Shown here in pieces: positions 30,601 through 41,390 of a DNA stretch of 64,000 nt (the stretch's first letter is position 1; each line of letters starts with the position of its first letter). This DNA is from Rebecca billardiae RCC1528 (taxonomy: Eukaryota; Protista; Haptophyta). The notes under the pieces were generated by a model. That model was not told the DNA's origin and did not search any database. It saw only the letters and a list, made by a program, of their open reading frames with translations. A program made the position numbers and the translations under genes. Location of the stretch: positions 1,860,001 to 1,924,000 of the forward strand of contig OZ251222.1 in assembly GCA_965240325.2 (NCBI GenBank), in the 5' to 3' direction.

Positions 30601-33600
30601 AGCACTCGGCGCCGTCCAGCGCGCCCCACCTCGCCGCCTCGCGCAGCTGCGCGAGCGCACACTGCGCGAGAATGACCGTTGGCCCATGGAGCGCGCGATC
30701 CGGCTGCGCCGCCGCCCGTGCCGGCCCCTGCGATGGGCTCAGCTGCGGAGCCGGCGGCTGCGAGTCCTCAGGGGCGCTCAGCGGCGGGGTGGGCATCTCG
30801 GCGTCTGCGACGGGCGTGGCCGAGCGAACGCCCACGCCACGCAGCGCGGCTGCCTCCGCTTCCGTCGGCACCGCGAGCGGGCGCAGGCCTGCGTCGGCCA
30901 CAAGATGATAGAGTGCCCTCAGCAGACGCGCGTCCGCGTCCGCGCCGGCCGGCGGGCGCGCGAGCGCGAGCAGCTGGCACCGCTCGGACTGCAGCTGCGC
31001 GAGCACGCGGCTGCACACGACGCGGGCCCGCTCGAGGTCCGAATCGGCCGGCTCGCGCGCCAGGCCGCGCGCAGCCGACGCGGCGCACAGCTCGGAGCGC
31101 CACACCTCGAGCAGCCTCGCTAGCAGGCAGCGGCGCGGTTGCCACGCGCGTGCTCGCCACACCTCGCGAGCGTCCGCACCGGCGGCGGCGACCGTGGCGT
31201 TCGCCACGCCTGCAGCGGCCGAGGCGTGGAGCGCGCGCGGCTCCGCGTGCGCATTCACCGCCACCTCGCCCGCCTCGCCAGGGCGCGCCGGGAACAGCGC
31301 CTCGAAGAGCTCCGCCCCCGCCGCTCCGGGCTGCGACAGCAGCAGCAGGTACATGTGACCCAGGGACTGGGAGGGCGGCGATGGCGGTTGCGGCCGCGGC
31401 GGCGGCGGAGGCGACGTGCCGAGGGCGTCCTCGCGCGCGCCGAGCGCTCCGGGGCGTCCCGCGCCGGCCGTAGCGGCACGGCCCGCCTCGGCCGCAGCGC
31501 CCGCGCCCGATGAGGGGCTGCCGCGACCGTCGAGTGCGCCGGAGGTTCGAAATCGAAGGCCAGCCTTGTCTAGGTGGGCGGTGGCGCGCGCGGCAGGCGC
31601 GGACGCGCGAAGCAGCAACAGCGCCATCCGCGCCCACGCGCGCGGCGCGAGCGCGTGCACCGGCGTGCGCGCCAGGCCGAGCGCACCCCGCCACCCCGCC
31701 CTATCCGCGCGGTGCGCACCGCCGACGACGCCGGGCTCAGCCTCGGCCACCGGGCCGGCAGGACGTGCGTCGGCGCGCGCCGCGCACTCGAGCAGCAGCA
31801 CCCGACAGGCCGTTGCGCGCCCGCCGTGCGCGGGCGCCACAGCGAGGCTGAGCGCGGGCGCGCACGCGAGCAGGCTCCAGTCGTCGCGGGCGCGCGCCGC
31901 CTCGTGCGCGAGCTCGTCCAGCGCGGTGGCCGCAGCAGCCGCGCCCGGCTGTGAGGGAAGCGCTCCCGCCGTGGCGTCCGCCGTCGCGCCGTCAGCAGCA
32001 CACGCACCCGCGCCAGCCGCAAGCCCAGAGCGCCCGGATGCCAGCTGCGCAAACGCCGCCGGGCTGAGCTCGGCCGCGGAGCGGAGCAGCGCGGCCGTGC
32101 GCGCGCCGAGGGAGGCCTCGATCCGCAAGAGCACCGCCTCGGCCACCCAGCCATCCGCGCCGCGCGCGCACAGCAAGAGCTCCGTCGCCGCGGCCGCCAG
32201 CGCGGCCACGCGCGCCGTGGCCGCGGCGACGCGCGTGGAGCCCCGCCCAGCGGGCGCAGCGGGCGCGCGCGGCGGCGTGGGAGCTCCGGCGGCGGTTGCG
32301 GGTGCGAGTGGCGACGCACGCGTCGCCCCGCCCTCGCCCTCGTCTCGTCCACCCTTCGCGGGCCCACGCGCGCCGCCGCCCGCGCCAGGCTTCTCCGCGG
32401 CGCTCGGCGGCGCCGCGGTGCTCGGCGGCGCGGCCGCGCTCGGAGCCGCGACGCTGAGCCACGGAGCAGCGTACTCATCCGCGCGGCTCTCGGCCGACAG
32501 GCTCCCCACCGCCGCGGCGCCCGTCAGGATGTCTAGCTCCACGCCGAGCGCGCGGAAGACACGCGCCTCCGATGCGCGCAACCACGCCGCGTCGTGGCTG
32601 AGCTCGTGAGCCGTGCGCTGCCCGGCCGCGTCGGGCGCACCATCCCGCGGCGGCCACCGAGCGCGCTCGCGCTGGCCGAGAGCAGGGCTCGGCCGTGCGC
32701 GCTTGTGCGGCGGCGAGGCGGCGCGAGGCGCGGAAGGCGGCTGGTGCTCGCCATGCTCGGCGCCGCCGCCCTGGGCATGCCCAGCCCGGGCTGCGTCGGA
32801 CCCTGTCGCGCCGCGACTCGCGCGCCGCGGTACGGCGAGCGCCGAGCAGTGCGAGGCACAGCGCAGGCTGGCGGCCGCGAGCACGCACCAAGCGGTGGTG
32901 GCGAAGGGCGCGGCAGACTGCGCGCACACGTGCAGCACGCCGTCCGCGAGGAGCGGTGCGTGCGCCCACGCCTCGGCCTCGCCCGGCTCGCCGTCGTCCG
33001 CCTCCACGCCGACGGCCGACGCGTCGATCGCATCCGACGTGTGCGCGCCGCGCACACGATGCAGCCCGGCGCCGTCGCGTTTTCGGCGGTCGCACGCGCC
33101 GCCGGCGACAGCGTCGTCCAGCTCGTCCGCCAGCGCGGCTGCGAGCAGCACCATCGACTCGGCAGCCGAGGGCCCGCCACCCGAGGCGCCCTCGGCGGGC
33201 TTGCGGCCGGACAGCGCCTGCGTCAGCCCTCGCGCGCACAGGCGCGCCGCATCCGTCGCCAGCTGGTCATCTGCCGAGATTGCCGAGGCTGCAGCCGTCG
33301 CCGCCTCCGCAGCCGCGCGCGCAGCCGTGCGACACACGCGCGCGCGCAGCGAAGAGGCGAGCAGGTACGCGCCGCCGCTCGCGCGCTCCGACTCGTCGGG
33401 CGGCTCTGCAGCGCCATGCGGCGCCTCGCCGCCCTCCGCGCGCGCCCCGACGCCCCGCACCGCTCCGAGAAGCCGCCACCTCGCCTCCGCGCGCGCGCTC
33501 GTGCTCACGACCGACCCAAGTGTGCGCGCGAGCGCATCTGCGAGCTCGAGCCGGGCGCATAGCGTCGGCGGCGTGCGCGCGAGCCAGGCGAGCGTGCTCG

Positions 33601-34426
33601 CCGTGAGCTGCTCGCTCGCGAGGCTCACCAGGCGTGCGGCCTCCGCGACGAGCGGGAGCTCGAGCGCGCAGGACGCCGCCGTCGAGCGCGGCGGCGGGCT
33701 ATCTGCATGCGCGACCGCGCCCGCCGGCGCGCCCTCGGCCGCAACCTCAGCGCAGGCGGCGCGGGCAGCGACGGGCGGCGGCGGTCCGCGGCCGAGATCC
33801 GTCGGCCCTGCCGCCTCCACGCGGGCGCATCCCAGCACGAGCAGCTTGTGCAGCGGCTCGACGAAAGCCGGGCGCGTGCGTAGTCGCCCCGTCCGATCGT
33901 CGAGCGCTCGCGCGAGCGCGTCGAGCAGCGCCCGCCCTTCTTCCTCGGCGCCGAGGCTCAGGCCGCGCGAGAGCGCGCGCACCGCGAGGTGTGCCGTCCG
34001 CACGCGCGCGGCATGAGGCTCGTGCGCTGCGGGGGTCGAAGCGGATAGCGGCGTGCGTGAGCTGGCGCCGCCGGCCGAAGCGTGCAGGCTGACGCGCACA
34101 AGCGCGCTGAACGCGGTCGCCGACGGAGCGCCGGCGAGGCGCATCGCCCAGGCCTCGACGGCACGTTCGACGACCTGGTCACACGCGCGCAGCTGCGCGG
34201 CTTCCGCGAGCGCTCGCAGCACCGTCCCCGCGACTGGGCTCACGTCGTAGTGTTGGAGCGCAAGCGCAGCGAGCGCCCGCGGTGAGCGCAGCACATGCGC
34301 GGCGAGCGATTCGGCGCCGAGGTCGGCGATCTCGTCGAGCAGCGCGTCGCCGTCCTCCACGGCCGGCGGAGGCCCGTCCGACGCGCCCAGCTGCGCCTCG
34401 AGCGCATCTAGGCGCGCGGCGCACAT
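27662..34426 (-). CDS. giant Ala/Leu-rich hypothetical protein (2254 aa), probably alpha-helical solenoid
   Basis: 6.7-kb uninterrupted ORF with amphipathic helical segments interleaved with low-complexity linkers. No family recognised. Confidence 0.7.
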   Translation of the reverse strand: MCAARLDALEAQLGASDGPPPAVEDGDALLDEIADLGAESLAAHVLRSPRALAALALQHYDVSPVAGTVLRALAEAAQLRACDQVVERAVEAWAMRLAGAPSATAFSALVRVSLHASAGGASSRTPLSASTPAAHEPHAARVRTAHLAVRALSRGLSLGAEEEGRALLDALARALDDRTGRLRTRPAFVEPLHKLLVLGCARVEAAGPTDLGRGPPPPVAARAACAEVAAEGAPAGAVAHADSPPPRSTAASCALELPLVAEAARLVSLASEQLTASTLAWLARTPPTLCARLELADALARTLGSVVSTSARAEARWRLLGAVRGVGARAEGGEAPHGAAEPPDESERASGGAYLLASSLRARVCRTAARAAAEAATAAASAISADDQLATDAARLCARGLTQALSGRKPAEGASGGGPSAAESMVLLAAALADELDDAVAGGACDRRKRDGAGLHRVRGAHTSDAIDASAVGVEADDGEPGEAEAWAHAPLLADGVLHVCAQSAAPFATTAWCVLAAASLRCASHCSALAVPRRASRGATGSDAARAGHAQGGGAEHGEHQPPSAPRAASPPHKRARPSPALGQRERARWPPRDGAPDAAGQRTAHELSHDAAWLRASEARVFRALGVELDILTGAAAVGSLSAESRADEYAAPWLSVAAPSAAAPPSTAAPPSAAEKPGAGGGARGPAKGGRDEGEGGATRASPLAPATAAGAPTPPRAPAAPAGRGSTRVAAATARVAALAAAATELLLCARGADGWVAEAVLLRIEASLGARTAALLRSAAELSPAAFAQLASGRSGLAAGAGACAADGATADATAGALPSQPGAAAAATALDELAHEAARARDDWSLLACAPALSLAVAPAHGGRATACRVLLLECAARADARPAGPVAEAEPGVVGGAHRADRAGWRGALGLARTPVHALAPRAWARMALLLLRASAPAARATAHLDKAGLRFRTSGALDGRGSPSSGAGAAAEAGRAATAGAGRPGALGAREDALGTSPPPPPRPQPPSPPSQSLGHMYLLLLSQPGAAGAELFEALFPARPGEAGEVAVNAHAEPRALHASAAAGVANATVAAAGADAREVWRARAWQPRRCLLARLLEVWRSELCAASAARGLAREPADSDLERARVVCSRVLAQLQSERCQLLALARPPAGADADARLLRALYHLVADAGLRPLAVPTEAEAAALRGVGVRSATPVADAEMPTPPLSAPEDSQPPAPQLSPSQGPARAAAQPDRALHGPTVILAQCALAQLREAARWGALDGAECLPPPIATAAAAAAAWLRVAVAAPPPDDAAALDGSAAAAGRLPLLLATVEESPALGVWAVVCLGGGGGSDDAATCALERALRTALEELGARWRDGPGTAQQHGGSADGGAALAAAADATMGAFELPTTVFQLAWLLSAHGLGSASEPRCAELGARAPRCEAPRALLASLLPEALLERPRAPAGGAPARARGGGADAEVETCAPSALPEADVEGRAARPARADATELVPPPCRSSLWARWRAALIDGACLFFGAAHGGAGDAELQSAVAVCAPALSALACASPALSRAAVAVAARVLAGAARAELPGQTLSALSMLRDASLAQPEVSARAVRTLARRADALPTSALGAAELLLDGGAESAAGDGGAAVALAPAVPRAPRADAGAHDGADAFALSLASQLARSANACRADAALGAPPPPPPPMSACEHLLLVVICGRTLSGRAPGAASPPPTPALPPLCARALGCALRLLLISPPALALARAISDAAGCAALGASGPEQLLAAAQPACAAAAAAGSAEVWAPTLAAAVRSLRAHAPSPPLLRACSTLEPRALRRPLAAALREAADEHARTPRGGPAGARGAMAAASLRGALAAIERCAPRGSAAGGSGSMGEDEDGARARAHTDLRPPVSAAAAGAALAAGATQLAAELASPQPAARARALACVQGLASACARSVSADGRAACQAGACALASALLGTLGHAAAAGVAHGDEEEAALRCCLRIAAHAQSPAGAAASRAPGAAAGAHHAAHDSCASLLARAVESCVHHLGGGPTGPTGPPADASALRAPTGGAADGSAPACGRHTTTSALANAELGPPRPRAIHLSLPVWARTAAVVCELWAAAGADGGWDATALAAPLARAVHAWRLAPAVPLAAVRALGALAARAPDVVSALLVEHTLPLLDAHGRAGAEDLASALAGLVLRLLHSTPAVGARMRAYVQLARDEGAARARRAANGRLSTGHVDGAVAAGEPAWLSRLTPLTV

Positions 34427-36451
34427 GCCCCGCGGCGTCGCGACGCCCGGTGCCTCGGCCGACCGGTGCGGCGAGTTCGCGGTGTGCCTGAGGATCTGAT
34501 GAGAAGATACATACGACTGTACAGTGCTTACGTACTTTTTAAATTCCCCTTTATAACGGGCTCCGGGTGATCACTGATCAGACTGGCGGCCGAAGCCTCC
34601 AGCCCTACCCTGTCCATGGATGGTACTGTAGTACGTTTGCAAAGTACAGTACTACAGTTGACGACGAATACTGTACAGCCGTGTACAAGACACGGTGAGC
34701 ATTGTAGTCAAACTGTAAGAGTCAAAGGGGTGCGCACTGGCTGCTGCACAGGCTCAGGTAGCCTTCAATCCCGTCTGCCTGACTGCTGACGCGTTTTGTC
34801 GACACTGCCCATGAATGAAGCCGTCGTCGTCGCCGATGATGTAGATTGTAGCGCCGCCGGACAATCTACTCATCTACTGGCACATCCATTCCGCCGTCCT
34901 GCGTCCGCCCGCGGGGCCTGGAGAAGGGCAGCGGCCGCCTCGCGGCGCGCCAGCGCCCGTCATCCTCACCCGGCGCCGTCGTCCACAAATAAGCGTCGTT
35001 GTCCGAACTCACCGACAGCCGCCGATGCGACAGCGCGCCGGGCCGCCGGCAGGATGATGTAATAGAACATATGGAGCCCCACTGTCGGTTGGACGGAGGT
35101 GTCCATCGAGGCAATAAGACTAACAGCAGGTACTCTTACTACTTTTATTATAATTTGTATTCGCATCACTACGCAGGAGGTCGAGGAGGGCGGCCGCCCG
35201 CTCAAGCTGATATGGGCCCCAGAGTGGCGTGACGGGCTGCCGGCCTCGCGGCTGGCACCGGCAGATTCACTCAGCACTTGAACATGCGCACTCGGCTCAG
35301 GCGGCAAACAGACTCGCTGGCCCTGGTCAGTACTTGTGCCTGCGCTGCACGCATACAATACAGAAGCATCACAGTCGCTCCGTCTAAGTCTCGCTGCCAT
35401 CAGGCATCATCACATTGATGAGTCCCGATCTTGGTGTGTAGTGCATGCACCGTCACTGCATGCCAGGTGAACCCCTCCGCTGTGGATCGTGAATCGTCAT
35501 GACGTGCCATCCAGTGACCAGTGTCCGATTGGCGTCGACACAGTCTAGCTAGCCAACAACCTAAAGCACCGAACAATAACCGCAAACATGAAACAAAGCC
35601 GCGGCGTACTACTACTCTCTGGTGAGCGGATGTGGGTGCTGCACTAGGGTGACAGCGTGTTATGCGCTGCTACTATCATACTACGTACGCGAATACTGAC
35701 GGACAGGCGGATCTGACTCTGCCCTCTTGGAATGTCGCACTTTCGAGCTCGCCATCGTCGGCAAGCTGTCTCGGTGGCGAGTCAGTGCCAGGGCGGGAGG
35801 AGGATCACGAGGCATGAAATACCCGCTGTTCACCCGCAAGTGATTACTCTATGAGCCGTATTGCAGGTTGAACGGGCTAGGTTGACGTCGTCTGCTACCA
35901 TTGTACTAGTAGTATCATACAGTAGTACCAGTACTGGACTAGCCATACTCGCCAGGTAGTGGTAGGCAATTGTGACCGGCTCTCAAGAAGCTGAGCCCAT
36001 ATATGCCTGATGAATATGCATTGAGGTGTACGTAGATAACGACGAGAGCAAGGGGTTCAAACAAGGGCCGAGCGATGGCGAGTCATTAACCATTAAGTCG
36101 CAAGGGTTGTAATCAGGTTGTGAAGACACTCAACTGGTGGCGTCAGTATGGACGATTGACGTGTTTGTTCAACATGACGAGTGCCGCAGCACGGTCGGTT
36201 GGCACCGTCTCAGTGTCCCGATGCATCCACGTCCTTAAATAATCATACACTTTGCTAGCTGTAAAGATTCTTCAAGGTTGCCTCGCTTCGTCTCGTTCAG
36301 TAAAATGAGTGGATGAAGATACTCAGGACCGTACCGATCATCGTCGACTCGGCCCGTGGGTTAGCGGCGCCCAACACGCTCTGGCGCGATGCTGAGCTGT
36401 GAGAGTTCCTTTCCCGGCCCTCAGGCTCACGGCCATCGGTTCGATGCGTCC

Positions 36452-37630
36452 ATGACCAAGCGCCTCAAGCTGCCGCCGTCGCTCGATCTGCTGCCACCAA
36501 GCGGCAGGGCTGCGGTGCTGGCGTTGGCCACGCAGTGCGCAGCATTTCGCGTTGATGGCGGCCAATACCAGCTGCGTGCCGCTAGCTCCCCGCTTTGGAT
36601 GCTGCAGACCTTGGACGAGCTCTCACTCATCGTCGAGCACATCGACGAGGACGACGCGTTGTGCCTTGCCCTCACGTGCCGCACCCTGCGCGACGCTGTC
36701 TGGGCGCGCTTCGTGCCGCGTGTGCGTGCTGGCGGCTCGTTCAGCGCGCGCATCGTGACGTGCATCCAGGCCATGGGGACGTCCGGAGCCCGCGCCAACC
36801 TCGCGGCCCAGGCTGGCTGCCCGTGGGCACCAAGCACGAGCCGTGCGTTTGCGTGCACCGGCAACCTCCCGGCGCTCAAGTTTGCCATCGAGCACGGCTG
36901 CGGCTGGCATCCGGACGTGGCGGCCGTCCTCGCGCGTGGCGGGCATCTGGAGACCCTGCGGTGGGCGGTCGAGCACGGCGCGCCTTTGGACGAGGGCGTC
37001 TGCGCCAAGGCCGCCTCGGGTGGCCACATCGACGTGCTGGCCTACCTGCATTCGGTGGGCTGCCCGTTTGACGAGTGGGTGGTGGTCAAGGCGGCGACTG
37101 GCGGCCATCTCGAGGTCGTCCACTGGGCGCGCGCGCACGGCGCGCCCTGGAGCGAGCACTACTGCTACGCGGCGTGCGTCGAGGGCCGGCTCGACGTGCT
37201 GCGCTGGGGGCTGGACCACGGCGCGCCACGCTCGCCGGCGATGTGCGAGGCAGCGGCAGCCGGCGGACACACGCGCGTGCTGCAGTTCCTCGAGCGCATC
37301 GGGCTCCTGGTGCCGCGCGGGCTGCTCTGCTCGGCGGCGGCGGGTGGCGGCCACGTGCAGACGCTCGTCTGGCTGCACGACGTGAAGCGCATACCCTGGG
37401 ACGAGCACGCGTGCGCAGCCGCGGCCGAAGCCGGCCACCTGCACGTGGTGCGCCTACTCCATGAGCGCGGGTGCGCGTGGGATGAATCGGCCGCGTACGG
37501 CGCCATCGTCGGCGGCCACTACGACGTCCTCCGCTACTTGCGCGAGCACAGCTGCCCCGGGGCGGTGATCGGGTTCGACGACGACGTCGCAGACGTGATC
37601 GGGGTCGCGGATGGTGTGGAGCTGAGCTAA
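36452..37630 (+). CDS. F-box-like plus ankyrin-repeat protein (GCPW-type repeats)
   Basis: LDELSLIVEHIDEDDALCLALTCRTLRDAV (F-box-like) is followed by about 9 repeats of AAxGGHLEVLxWxxxHGCPWDE. Start uncertain (36389, 36452 or 36599). Confidence 0.85.
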   Translation: MTKRLKLPPSLDLLPPSGRAAVLALATQCAAFRVDGGQYQLRAASSPLWMLQTLDELSLIVEHIDEDDALCLALTCRTLRDAVWARFVPRVRAGGSFSARIVTCIQAMGTSGARANLAAQAGCPWAPSTSRAFACTGNLPALKFAIEHGCGWHPDVAAVLARGGHLETLRWAVEHGAPLDEGVCAKAASGGHIDVLAYLHSVGCPFDEWVVVKAATGGHLEVVHWARAHGAPWSEHYCYAACVEGRLDVLRWGLDHGAPRSPAMCEAAAAGGHTRVLQFLERIGLLVPRGLLCSAAAGGGHVQTLVWLHDVKRIPWDEHACAAAAEAGHLHVVRLLHERGCAWDESAAYGAIVGGHYDVLRYLREHSCPGAVIGFDDDVADVIGVADGVELS

Positions 37631-38346
37631 GAGCGAGGCGCACGTCGCGAGCCCTCAGAGTCTTGACTGCGAGTTGAGTGAGCCTACACCGTTGCTGTTA
37701 CGATGGCATCGCTGATCGCAGGCAGCAATGCCAATAATGGTGTCGTCTGCTGTCATGCCGTCGCAGCACACGATTCAGTGCGACGTCGCTGCTACGGCGG
37801 TACTACTACGTATATTGACCGCCTATATATATGACGTCGCGTCGGATGTCATCGCGATTATCGGCCGCATCGGTCATCGGGCGCAGGCTCCGCTGCCTGC
37901 TCGGTGTGCCCAGGCTGCCAGCCACTCGCCCGACTCGGATTGCGTAGATGCCAGCGACGGTACGGGCCTGCCACGCCCGTGCCCGTAGCATTGTAGTGTC
38001 GCCTTAGGCCGTGTCACTGGCAGACTGCTACTCATTATTCTGTCCGCGGTCCGTGTTCATCAGCCTCAGGGCTTGTGAGTCGGAGTGCCTGAGTCGGAAC
38101 GAGTTCAGTCATACCCATACAACCATAGCTATATCGCAGTCACGTAGGTGACACAGTATCATACTGTGACGACACATCGACTGACATCGACGACATCGCG
38201 TCATGCGGCAGCCGGCCTCTTTTCATCCGGTCTGCGGGCAGGCGCACATCCTACTGTAACTTTTCCAAATTCCATCTCCAAAAAAACAGCGTATGTTGAG
38301 CGTGTAGTGCGCCGGCCCCGCCGGCGCGGGCGGGGTTGATGAGACG

Positions 38347-38763
38347 ATGGCGTCCGCCATCGACGACGCAGCCCTGAGAGAAACGTTCGATGCGGCGTAC
38401 GATGCGGCCGTCGCTGATGGTCTCATCACCCGGGGAGCCGACTGCACGGAAGCATTCGATCGGCTGCACAGCGCATGCCACCCTGAACCGGCTGCGGCGG
38501 CCGAGAAGGCCATTCCCATCACCAACGCAGCAGTGAGCAACACCCCGCTGATCCCGCAAGTAGACCTGTTCTCGGATGGCTCGATCCCACCTGACCAGAT
38601 GGGCGAGTGGGAACAGGGCCCTGCTCCTCTTGGTGCAGATTGGGATGATGGCGACGAACTGGACGACGACATCGATGCGGGTGCGGAAGGTGAGAACCTG
38701 TTTCCAGAGCCGCCACTCGCACTTGGCGCGTGGTTTACGAATCCCAGGCAGCAGCTGCTGTAA
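38347..38763 (+). CDS. acidic hypothetical protein (may be spliced or decayed downstream)
   Basis: ATG ORF with protein-like composition. Coding-like sequence continues to about 39050 in other frames. Confidence 0.4.
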   Translation: MASAIDDAALRETFDAAYDAAVADGLITRGADCTEAFDRLHSACHPEPAAAAEKAIPITNAAVSNTPLIPQVDLFSDGSIPPDQMGEWEQGPAPLGADWDDGDELDDDIDAGAEGENLFPEPPLALGAWFTNPRQQLL

Positions 38764-39658
38764 CATCAGTACCTTCTGCATGGCCTATGCTGCAGGACGA
38801 CTTCAACGAGATCAACGACGATATGGCACCGGAACCCAACGACGGCTGGGCCTCGCCTGGATGCCTGCGGCTCGTCTCCTAGTAGTAGGCGTTGCCCGGG
38901 GGCCTCGGCCGCCGAGATGGCCGAACAGCTTGCAAGGAGAAGGCGAGGCGCGATCCACGCGTTCACCAGGCGACGGCGGAAACGAACACGTCGATCGAGA
39001 CCTCGCGCCGCTCGATCATCTCCGCGCTCGCGATGTGCAGCTTCGTCGTGACACCACGGCGAGCTGAGCAGCGTGACGGCGGCCGAAGCCGACGCAGTGG
39101 TCAGTGGACTGAATGTACAACGGTGCCAGTGGTCCGGGCATTTAGTCTGACAGTCAACGGTCTCAGCGCTGCTGAGCCTGAGTCTGACAGTGACACAGCT
39201 CACCGCACCAGCCCATGTGGGTTCAGGGTTCCCGGCGCCTTCCCGGGGGCGGGGATCACTAGCGCAGCATCGTCAAGTAGCAGCAGTAAGCCGACATATA
39301 ACTGAGCACAGTACGCAGTCGTAGTATCAGGCTGCTGTATCAGCATCTGCCGCAGCCGGCCATCATGCCATGATGGCATCTGCCAGTAGCTTCCTGCTGA
39401 GTGCTGTACGCCAGTAATAACAGTTTCGGCTGATGATGATATGATCTGATGATGCTGAATATCGCGCGCGTCGTCTCACGTCGTCGTCAGTGTGTCATCA
39501 CATTCACTGTCACATTGTCAGATCAGACCAGTAGCAGTCGTCGACGGTATACGCCAGGCCGTAGTTGTAAAACTACGCCGGGCATGGCGGCGGTAGTTAA
39601 GCCCGCAGGCGGCGCCGCCGGAATGGCTGAATGTACTGAGTGGCACCCGGCGGAGGTA

Positions 39659-41147
39659 CTACGCTCCCGTCCCCGGCGGTGCGACCGTAGGCGCGCTCAG
39701 CGCTCGCGGTTGCACGGCCAATGCCCCTGTCAACGGTGCTGCTGCAGCTGCGCCCCCCGCATGCTGCTCCATCACAGTCTCATCCATGCTCGGCCGCGGG
39801 CCGCCGACACCTGGACTCGGGCCGCACCCGCTCCACGCATGGCCGTGGCCGCTGTCATCTGCGTCCCAGCGATGCACGCCATCGAGGGTGGGCACGAACG
39901 CGCTCTGCGGCGCAGCTCGGTCCGTAGAGAGCACGCTCGCGTCGCCGCCCGGGCCCGCGACCGCGTGTGGGATCGCGCTGTTCGGGGGCGCGAGGTCATC
40001 CAGCGCCCGCTTTGCGCCGCGCCGCACGGAGCGGACGCCCTCCGCGCCGATTCGGAAGGGGACAGGGGTGCGAGGCGCGGCGGAGCCCTTGTCGACGAGC
40101 GCCGTGCGCTCCGTCTCGCCCCCGCGCGCGCCGCTCTTGGTCAGCATCAGCCGCAAATTGGCCACGTGCGCCCACGTCTCGCCAAGCGCAGGCGCGATCG
40201 TGCCGCCCTCACTGCCCTCGCCGCCCACCTTGGTCGTCACCTGATTCACGAGCACCAGCGCGATGCCGAAGCGCGCGGCGCACTTGAGCAGCACGAGCGC
40301 GTGCGCAAGCAGCGCGCGCGTGCGCGCGCCGTAGTCGTCAAAGCCGTGGCGGAAGTGGAAGGCGACGGAGTCGAGCACGAGCAGCTTCACGCGCGGGTTC
40401 CCCTCCAGGAAGGACGAGAGCGCGTGCCCCAGCGCCACCTGCTCCGTCGAGCTGTGCACGCGGAAGACGTGGACCGCGCTGAGCAGCGCGTGCACGCTCA
40501 CCTGGCTGGCTGCGGCGTGCTGCGCCGGCGCGCTCGAGTGCTTCGCGGCCGAGGCGAGGTGGGAGCGCAGTGCGGCTGCCATCTGCTCGATGCGATCCTG
40601 TGCGGGCCGTGGGCGCACGGGGCACGCGGGGACGCACTCAGCCTGTGCCCGGGGAGCGCGCCGCGCGGCGGCGGGCGCGCACCGCGGAGAAGCTGCCCTC
40701 CGTATCGACGTAGATCGCGTGCCCGCCCACGCCGCCCATCTCGTGCGGGATCTGCACGTTGAGAGCGAGTTGCATGCCGAATTGCGTCTTGCCCACGCCC
40801 GGCGCGCCGCAGATCTCGGTGATGTGGCCACGGCCGATGCCGCCCTTGAGGAGGCCGTCGAGTTCCTTGCAGAAGGTGATCACGCGGCGCTCCGATCGCT
40901 CCTGGTCAAGCAGATCGAGCGCCGTGACCGAGCCTGGGAGCAGCGGCCCGCCCGCGTCCGATGCGCCCGCTGAGGCTGTGCTCACGACGCCCGCCGCCTC
41001 GGCGGTGCTGAGGCCACAGTCGCGCGCGAGCTGAGCGGGCGTGACGGCGTGGATATCACGAAGCGTACGGAAGCCCCGAGAGACGAGCTTGCCCTTGATG
41101 GCGAGCGGCAGCGCCAGGGCGTGCACCGAAAGCGCTTGCGGCAGCAT
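39659..41147 (-). CDS. RAD51C: DNA repair protein RAD51 paralog C; intron 40598-40682
   Basis: ITFCKELDGLLKGG..ITEICGAPGVGKTQFGMQLALNVQIP..GGHAIYVDTEGSF|DRI, Walker B LLVLDSVAFHFRH, VLVNQVTTK and PALGETWAH are RAD51C-typical motifs. Confidence 0.92.
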
Positions 41148-41390
41148 GTCGCCAGTCCCAAGGGCAAAGGCGTGCGATGACCGTTGGGCAATAGGTGTGT
41201 GACCAAGGGGTCGTATGACTCGTCAGCGATTCCGCCATGTTTTTGTTGATCACCGCTGCCCTGGTCGCCGCTGATGAGCATCAAATGTTTCCGGCGGCGG
41301 CCGGGCGCGCGCCGAGGCACCGGGGCCGTTACAACACACGCGCAGCGTCAGGCGATGGCGGCGTGCGCGTGAGACGGTTGCCACACACAC

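Noticed and set aside
34500-36380. Possible decayed element or gene in the long intergenic region, with small GC hairpins such as ggcggccgaagcc
   Set aside because: No termini, second copy or protein motif that I can support from this window alone.
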